DNA of 64,000 nucleotides from positions 1 to 64,000 of the forward strand of contig CBEUCH010000011.1 of the NCBI GenBank assembly GCA_965541585.1. Direction: 5' to 3'. Every line of letters begins with the position of its first letter. The first letter of the stretch is position 1. Of this stretch, positions 57,683 to 64,000 are shown one piece after another. Source of the DNA: an uncultured bacterium. GTDB lineage: Bacteria; Zixibacteria; MSB-5A5; UBA10806. The position numbers were made by a program, and so were the translations under genes. Below the pieces are notes generated by a model. That model saw nothing but the letters and a program-made list of their open reading frames with translations. It had not been told where the DNA came from and ran no database searches.

Positions 57683-59059
57683 ATGGGCGATTTGAGAAAT
57701 ATGACGAATGTCATAAATACTACTTTATTGCGATGTCTGCTGACATTGGTTCTTTTGGTGGTGTTCATGAAGGGCAGTGTTGCCGGAGAGACTCTAAGTC
57801 TGGATCTTAGAGCGGCAATTGACTTATCGCTTGAGAACAACGAATTCTACCTGATTGCGAAAGAAGAGGTAGAAAGGGCGGATGGTCAGATAATGGAGGC
57901 GGTATCCAGTGCTCTTCCGCAGGTAACCGGAGGCCTGCGGTACGATAGAAACTGGCGGGTCCCGGTTGGGATTTTCCAGATTGACGATGAGGTCGTCAGC
58001 TTCAGGTTCGGGACGGATAACAATTATATTGCAGATCTCACGGTTACTCAGCCAATCTATTCGGGTGGACGAACATTCACGGCCCTTAAGGCAGCGCGGG
58101 TCTATAAGAAAATGGCGAGGGAAAAAGTGAACATGTCGCGGCAGGATTTGAAGATTCTAGTATTTAGGGGCTTTTATGGAGCCCTATTGGCAGATGAGAT
58201 ATTCAGGGTCAACCGCGAATCTTACAGGCTGGCACAGGAAAACCTCGATGTCGCCAGGAAAATGTACGATCAAGGGATGGTGGCGGAGTATGATCTATTG
58301 CGCGCCAGAGTGGCCGTCTCCAATATTGAACCGCTTGTTATAAAAGCCGAAAATGACGCTGAAGTAGCTGTCAGCAATTTGAAAAACGTTCTGGGTATCG
58401 ATATGGACGTCGAGATTAAGATAGTTGCAGACTATGATTCCAGCCAATTCATATTGCCTCCCATCGATCTGGAATCCGGCAAAGCCGAACTGCGGGAGAA
58501 TAGACCCGAGATTAAGATTAGCCAGAATGAAACTTCGCTCAGCAGACACCTGGTCTCGATCGCAAAAGCCGACTACAGGCCGACTCTTTCTTTTTCAACC
58601 AGCCTGCAATACCAGGCGCAATTCAACGAGGGCAGCGTCTTTGGTAAGAAATGGGATCGTTCATTAAACAGTATTATCATGCTCTCCGTGCCAATTTTCG
58701 ATTCCTGGAGGACTCCCAGCAAAGTCAAACAGGCTAAGGCGAGCTTGGTTCAGAGTAGTCTGAGAGAGGAATATCTAATTAAGAGCATGATCCTTGATTT
58801 CGAACAGAGTCTCGGCAGATATAACGAAGCGCGAAAAAGGCTCTCGGCGCAGGGGGGTGCGGTGGAGCTTGCAAGACGAGGTTTAAGTATAGCAGGAGTT
58901 CGTTACGAAAGCGGGGTCGGGACGCAGCTTGAGGTTTCCGATGCCCGGCTGGCCCTGGCAAAAGCAGAAATCAATAGAGCAGTGGCTTTCCATGATATGG
59001 CGGTAAGCTACGCAACGTTGATAAGAGCCCTGGGCAGAGATATCGAGCCTGTTAATTAG
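57683..59059 (+). CDS. TolC family outer-membrane efflux protein
   Basis: Signal peptide, TQPIYSGG, YDQGM..EYDLLRA, SVPIFD and RYESGVGTQLEV. Confidence 0.9.
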   Translation: MGDLRNMTNVINTTLLRCLLTLVLLVVFMKGSVAGETLSLDLRAAIDLSLENNEFYLIAKEEVERADGQIMEAVSSALPQVTGGLRYDRNWRVPVGIFQIDDEVVSFRFGTDNNYIADLTVTQPIYSGGRTFTALKAARVYKKMAREKVNMSRQDLKILVFRGFYGALLADEIFRVNRESYRLAQENLDVARKMYDQGMVAEYDLLRARVAVSNIEPLVIKAENDAEVAVSNLKNVLGIDMDVEIKIVADYDSSQFILPPIDLESGKAELRENRPEIKISQNETSLSRHLVSIAKADYRPTLSFSTSLQYQAQFNEGSVFGKKWDRSLNSIIMLSVPIFDSWRTPSKVKQAKASLVQSSLREEYLIKSMILDFEQSLGRYNEARKRLSAQGGAVELARRGLSIAGVRYESGVGTQLEVSDARLALAKAEINRAVAFHDMAVSYATLIRALGRDIEPVN

Positions 59060-59075
59060 CGGCAAAAAGAGGCGT

Positions 59076-60161
59076 ATGATGAACAAAATCCTAAAATTAC
59101 TCTTAATAACCACCGTAATAATGGTAACGTCAACCTGTGGCGATGAGAAGGCTGATGTCGCAGTTGAAGAGAAAGCGATCCCGATTACAGTCTCCTTAGC
59201 AGAATCGGGCGATCTTGCCATTGTAAAGACCTATTCCGGCACACTGGAGGGAGAGAAGCAAGCCGAGATAGTCGCCTCCATCCACGAGGCGATAGTGGAG
59301 CTTCCGGTTTCGGAAGGTGAACGAGTCTCCGCCGGGCAGGTGATCATCATGCTTGATAAAAACGGTTCGGCCTCGAATTACAATCAAGCCTATGCGCTTT
59401 ACCTGGAAGCGAAAGATAACTATCAGAAGATGACAAAACTGCTGGAACAGGGGGCAGTCTCCGAGCAAACCTATATCAGCGCCAGAACCGGTTATGAGGT
59501 TGCGCAGGCCAATTTCAAGGCAGCCGGCAGGCAGGTTGAATTGACCAGCCCCATATCGGGAATACTGACTGAGCTGTCCGTTAATGTCGGTGAATATGCA
59601 CCGATCGGGATTCCTATCGCCACCGTGGCCCAGACCGATAAGATCAGGCTGACTTTATTCGTCGATAGCAGAGGTGCCGGTTTTATCAAAAAGGGTCAAG
59701 GAGCCGTTATAACGGTTGAGTCGATCGGATATTCGGGCAAGAAGTTTGGCGGTTTTGTAACGGAAGTCTCCGGATCGGCCGATCCTCAAACCCGGCTGTT
59801 CACGGTCGATATCAGGATCGATAACGAGAATGGTGATCTGGCCCCGGGGATGTTTGCCAGGGCCGAGATAGTCGTTAACGAGCTTAAATCCATATTGATC
59901 GTTCCCAGGGAAGCAGTTTTCTCAGTGGAAGGAGTGTATAAAGTTTATAAGCTGGAGGGCGACCGTGCCCGGGAGCAATCCATTTATATTGGAGAATCGA
60001 CATCTGAATCAATCCAGATTGTATCAGGTTTGGCTGATGGCGATACGGTGGTGGTTATCGGCCGAAATTTGATTGAGGACGGCTCTCTGGTTAAGATAGC
60101 GGGCAAAGATGACGGCAGCGAGGAAGAAATCATCCAGGGAGAGGCGTCCACGGAAAAGTAA
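59076..60161 (+). CDS. RND efflux membrane fusion protein (lipoprotein)
   Basis: Lipobox-like TSTC, VSEGERVSAGQ, SPISG, LAPGMF and GLADGDTVVV. Confidence 0.9.
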   Translation: MMNKILKLLLITTVIMVTSTCGDEKADVAVEEKAIPITVSLAESGDLAIVKTYSGTLEGEKQAEIVASIHEAIVELPVSEGERVSAGQVIIMLDKNGSASNYNQAYALYLEAKDNYQKMTKLLEQGAVSEQTYISARTGYEVAQANFKAAGRQVELTSPISGILTELSVNVGEYAPIGIPIATVAQTDKIRLTLFVDSRGAGFIKKGQGAVITVESIGYSGKKFGGFVTEVSGSADPQTRLFTVDIRIDNENGDLAPGMFARAEIVVNELKSILIVPREAVFSVEGVYKVYKLEGDRAREQSIYIGESTSESIQIVSGLADGDTVVVIGRNLIEDGSLVKIAGKDDGSEEEIIQGEASTEK

Positions 60162-60164
60162 GCT

Positions 60165-63100
60165 ATGTATATTTCTAATGTTTCGGTAAAAAGACCGGTA
60201 TTTACCACCATGGTCACGATAGCCCTGCTTGTACTGGGGGCAGTCTCTTACAACCGGATGGGCGTCGATCTCTTCCCCGATATAGACTTTCCTTTCGTAA
60301 TCATCACGACGGTATATCCGGGAGCGGGCCCGGATGCTGTATCCACCGATGTGACTCAGAAGATTGAGGATGCGGTTAATCCGATTTCCGGGGTCAAACA
60401 TATAGAATCGACATCGAGTGAAGGGATGTCTCTTGTTTTCGTTGAATTCACGCTTGAAACCAAGGGTATCGAAGCGGCGCAGGAGGTGCGTGAAAAGATT
60501 TCCGTCATAAGATCGGAACTGCCGCGCGACATCGAAGAACCGATCGTCCAGAGATACGATCCAGAATCAGAGGCAATAATATCGATTGTCATGGGTGGCG
60601 ACAGACCTCCCAAGGAGCTCACTTCGCTGGCTGATAAGCTGATCAAGGAAAAATTAGAATCGATTGAAGGTGTTGGAGCCGTAGCCATTGTTGGCGGCAG
60701 TGAACGGGAGTTTCAGGTTTTGCTCGATCTCGATGCCGTGAATGCCAGAATGCTGGCGTTCGATGATATCGCTTCCGCCATTTCCAATTCGAATTTCGAG
60801 CTTCCCGGCGGGCACCTGAACCAGGGGGAAAGCGAAATCCTGGTTCGCACCATGGGTCGCTTTGAGAGTGTCGAAGATATCAGGAATGTCATCATCAAGA
60901 ACACTAAAGGAAAGGTAATTCGTCTGGGCGATATTGCCACGGTCGCGGACACGATCGCCGAGAGGCGCGGCCTGGCCCGTTATGATGGCAAGGAAGCCGT
61001 CACTCTCGAAGTAAGACGGCAATCCGGGACTAACACCGTGGAGGTGGCCAGGGCGGTGAAGAAAAAGCTGGAGGAAATAAATCTACAGCTTCCTTCAGGC
61101 GTGACTGCGGAAGTTGCCCAGGATAATTCTATCTTCATCGAGGAATCACTGCACGACGTTCAGATAACCATAGTCGTCGCGGGGGCGCTGGCGATTCTGG
61201 CCATATTCTTGTTCCTGGCAAATATCCCCTCTACCATTATAACAGCCGTGGCTATACCGACATCGATTGTGGCAACCTTCACGGCTATGGAGTTTTTGGG
61301 GTTCACACTCAACATGATGTCGCTTATGGCGCTGTCACTGGCCGTAGGGCTCTTGGTTGATGACGCTATTGTTGTAATCGAAAATATCTACAGACACCTG
61401 GCCGGCGGGGAGTCACCGGTCGATGCCGCCAGAAACGGCACATCGGAAATCGGCCTGGCAGTGATGGCGACCACGTTTTCAATCGTGGTCGTGTTTTTGC
61501 CGGTGGCGTTCATGTCCGGTATTGTCGGTCGATTTTTCTACCAATTTGGCCTGACTATTGCGGTGGCGGTTATGGTCTCGTTGTTCATAGCTTTTACTCT
61601 TACTCCGATGCTGGCCTCGAAATTCCTGGAGAAGGAAAAGCCATTAAAGAGAGAATCTAGAAATCCTATCACTGTCGTACTCTCTTACTGGAACCACTTC
61701 TTCAAGAAGTTCGGTGATTTTTACAGGGTCGCCCTGGCATGGGTTCTGAAACATAGACTCGTGACCCTGACTATGGCCATCGGCGGATTCGCGATCTCGA
61801 TCTATCTTGCAGGCTTTTTAGGTAATGAATTTATCCCTCCATCGGATCGTGCGGAGTTGTATGTTAATTTCAAGGCCATGCCGGGCTCGAGCCTGCAGAG
61901 GACATCGTATCTGGCAAGTCAGCTTGAAGAAAGAATCGCGTCTCATGACGATATCGTAAGACATCAGTTGCTGACAATCGGCGGCGGGGTTACTCCGATC
62001 AATGAGGGCCTGATTTATATTAAACTGACGGAAAAAAGCGATCGCGACGAATCAGTATTTCAATTTATGGATATTCTCCGCAAGGAATTATCCGAGGTCC
62101 CGGGGCTATCGATGAGCATAGCTATCGAACCCGGCCATGGGGGGGCAGGCAGGCTCGTCGAGTATTCCATAAGAGGCCCGGACTATGATCGGCTGAAGGA
62201 TCTCGCGATTTCATTAGAGCAGATGATGAAAGAAACGCCGGGCGCCGTGGACGTGGACAACAGCGAGAAACAGGCCCGGCCGGAGCTTCAAGTTGAAGTC
62301 GATAGAGATCTGGCCAAGGATCTGGGATTGACTATTGCAGATATAGGCATCGGCGTAAGAAACATGGTTGACGGATCTCCCGTCAGCAGGTTCAAGGAGG
62401 GGGACGAGGAGTACGATATCAGGGTCCAGTTGGCATCTCAATACAGGATCGATATCGAGAATTTAAACAATATATATATCACCTCTGAAAAACAGATCAG
62501 GGGAGAGGATATGTATGTTCCCCTTCGGCAGGTGGCCCGGATTTTCGAAAAGAAAGCTCCCACGGAGATCCGTCGTTTCGATCGCCAGCGCGAGATCAGG
62601 GTCGGTTCCAATGCCGCAACAGGCTTCACCATGGGCGATGTTCTTGGACCGGTAAATAGCAGGATGGGAAACCTCGATATCCGTCCCGGATATTCAATCA
62701 CTCCGGTTGGCGAGGCTGAGATTCAACAGGAATCTTTCGCCGAAATATATATCGCTCTTATGCTGGCAGTAATCTTCGTCTATTTACTTTTGGCCTCGCA
62801 GTTCGAATCATTCTTAGATCCATTCGCCATGGGGATGTCACTTTTAATGGCGCCCATGGGAGCGATCCTCGGACTTTTCATCTTTGGATCCTCCATATCC
62901 CTTATGTCTCTTATCGGGATCGTGTTCTTGATGGGATTGGTCACCAAGAACGCCATATTGCTTATCGATTTTATAAAGCAGGCCCGACGTCGCGGAATGG
63001 GCCGCACGGAGGCAATTCTACAGGCGGGACCGATCAGACTCCGGCCCATTATGATGACCACTCTCTCGATGATCTTCGCCATGCTGCCCCTGGCCTTTGG

Positions 63101-63311
63101 CGTCGGTCCCGGGGCCGAGTTCCGGGCGCCGATGGCGCAGGCGGTTATAGGCGGATTGACATCGTCCACTCTTTTAACATTGATCATTGTTCCGATAGTC
63201 TATACATTATTGGATGATATGGTAGCATTTGTCACCGGAAAGCGGAAGAAATCGAGAGCAGAGCTCGCCGCTGGAACCGGGGCCGAGGGTCTCGTAGTTG
63301 ATGATAAATAA
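60165..63311 (+). CDS. RND efflux transporter permease (AcrB/MdtC-like)
   Basis: [29 protein letters not shown] and RLRPIMMT. Confidence 0.95.
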   Translation: MYISNVSVKRPVFTTMVTIALLVLGAVSYNRMGVDLFPDIDFPFVIITTVYPGAGPDAVSTDVTQKIEDAVNPISGVKHIESTSSEGMSLVFVEFTLETKGIEAAQEVREKISVIRSELPRDIEEPIVQRYDPESEAIISIVMGGDRPPKELTSLADKLIKEKLESIEGVGAVAIVGGSEREFQVLLDLDAVNARMLAFDDIASAISNSNFELPGGHLNQGESEILVRTMGRFESVEDIRNVIIKNTKGKVIRLGDIATVADTIAERRGLARYDGKEAVTLEVRRQSGTNTVEVARAVKKKLEEINLQLPSGVTAEVAQDNSIFIEESLHDVQITIVVAGALAILAIFLFLANIPSTIITAVAIPTSIVATFTAMEFLGFTLNMMSLMALSLAVGLLVDDAIVVIENIYRHLAGGESPVDAARNGTSEIGLAVMATTFSIVVVFLPVAFMSGIVGRFFYQFGLTIAVAVMVSLFIAFTLTPMLASKFLEKEKPLKRESRNPITVVLSYWNHFFKKFGDFYRVALAWVLKHRLVTLTMAIGGFAISIYLAGFLGNEFIPPSDRAELYVNFKAMPGSSLQRTSYLASQLEERIASHDDIVRHQLLTIGGGVTPINEGLIYIKLTEKSDRDESVFQFMDILRKELSEVPGLSMSIAIEPGHGGAGRLVEYSIRGPDYDRLKDLAISLEQMMKETPGAVDVDNSEKQARPELQVEVDRDLAKDLGLTIADIGIGVRNMVDGSPVSRFKEGDEEYDIRVQLASQYRIDIENLNNIYITSEKQIRGEDMYVPLRQVARIFEKKAPTEIRRFDRQREIRVGSNAATGFTMGDVLGPVNSRMGNLDIRPGYSITPVGEAEIQQESFAEIYIALMLAVIFVYLLLASQFESFLDPFAMGMSLLMAPMGAILGLFIFGSSISLMSLIGIVFLMGLVTKNAILLIDFIKQARRRGMGRTEAILQAGPIRLRPIMMTTLSMIFAMLPLAFGVGPGAEFRAPMAQAVIGGLTSSTLLTLIIVPIVYTLLDDMVAFVTGKRKKSRAELAAGTGAEGLVVDDK

Positions 63312-64000
63312 TGTTGCCTGTCAAATTCGATAAGCTCTCCGGAAGCACTAAGCTTTTTCTGGATTTCATAAACTTTACCGGAGCCGCTCCCCGGTTCTAT
63401 AAATATGATTTCAGGGATCCCTCATCGTATGTGAAGGCAGCTGAACGAATTGACCGAAAATCTTACAAGAGAGAAGAACTGGTCTCCATTATACGAGATG
63501 CCACACATCATTTGAACTTACCGGAAAAAACGAAGGCTAATATTGATAAACTTGCAAACTCCGAGTGCCTTGTCGTCTTCGCCGGTCAGCAGGTCGGGAT
63601 GCTTCTGGGGCCGATGTATACGGTCATAAAGGCGCTTACAGCGTTCAAGTTAGCGTCGAAACTTGAATCCGAATTGGGCCGGCTGGTCGTTCCGTGTTTT
63701 TGGATGGCCACCGACGATCACGATTTCGATGAGATCAAAGACGTTCGCATGTTGAACCGGGCAGGGGAATGTATGGAAATCTCCTATGAACCTGTCTCTC
63801 CTCCGGCTGGCGCCCCGATGGCCGATGTCTTGCTCGATGACAGGATTGAGGATCTGATCAGCCAGGTGGAAAAAAATCTACTGGAGACCGAATTCACCGG
63901 TCATATCAAGAATCTATTGGAGAGCAGCTATATGCCCGGCAAACATCTGTCCGAGGCCTTCGCCGTTTTGTTCAATCAACTAATGGAAGATTTCGGCATT
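63311..64000 (+). CDS. bshC: Bacillithiol biosynthesis cysteine-adding enzyme BshC (3'-truncated; not in the ORF track)
   Basis: The ATG at 63311 overlaps the RND stop (TAATG). My translation gives KLFLDF, AGQQVGMLLGPMYTVIKA and PCFWMATDDHDFDEI. Confidence 0.88.
   Translation, partial: MLPVKFDKLSGSTKLFLDFINFTGAAPRFYKYDFRDPSSYVKAAERIDRKSYKREELVSIIRDATHHLNLPEKTKANIDKLANSECLVVFAGQQVGMLLGPMYTVIKALTAFKLASKLESELGRLVVPCFWMATDDHDFDEIKDVRMLNRAGECMEISYEPVSPPAGAPMADVLLDDRIEDLISQVEKNLLETEFTGHIKNLLESSYMPGKHLSEAFAVLFNQLMEDFGI

Overview
A gene-dense, almost entirely + strand chromosomal window from a diderm bacterium of the FCB group. The gene content suggests an uncultured lineage such as Zixibacteria, but that assignment is inference. 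In order it contains: (1) the 3' end of a Lys/Ala-rich gene with 111-bp tandem repeats, coupled to a LeuD/HacB-type small subunit, two LiaI/LiaF-like membrane genes and icd; (2) a variable region (about 3.2-10.3 kb) with an AT-richer fibre-like secreted protein, REP-like hairpins, two T9SS cargo proteins, a histone-like Zn-finger protein and an apparently inactive RNase H-like protein behind a sigma54-type promoter; (3) housekeeping and envelope genes (lptD, HU, ftsK, lolA-like, rimO, SLT, bamD, nadD, polA, coaE, DUF554, fba); (4) an ~18 kb type IX secretion-related cluster (porU, a PorV with a ~535-aa propeller/LysM-like insertion, an M6 protease, two paralogous membrane proteins, an NHL lipoprotein, a barrel with a SprA-like motif, an Omp85 protein and a DGGGP-synthase-like UbiA prenyltransferase); (5) a moxR-DUF58-batABCDE operon with a flippase-like gene; (6) nth, corA, a Cys-less peroxiredoxin-like gene, a TolC-MFP-RND efflux set and the 5' part of bshC. 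I found no rRNA, tRNA, CRISPR array, integrase or transposase. All calls come from motif recognition by eye; no searches were run.
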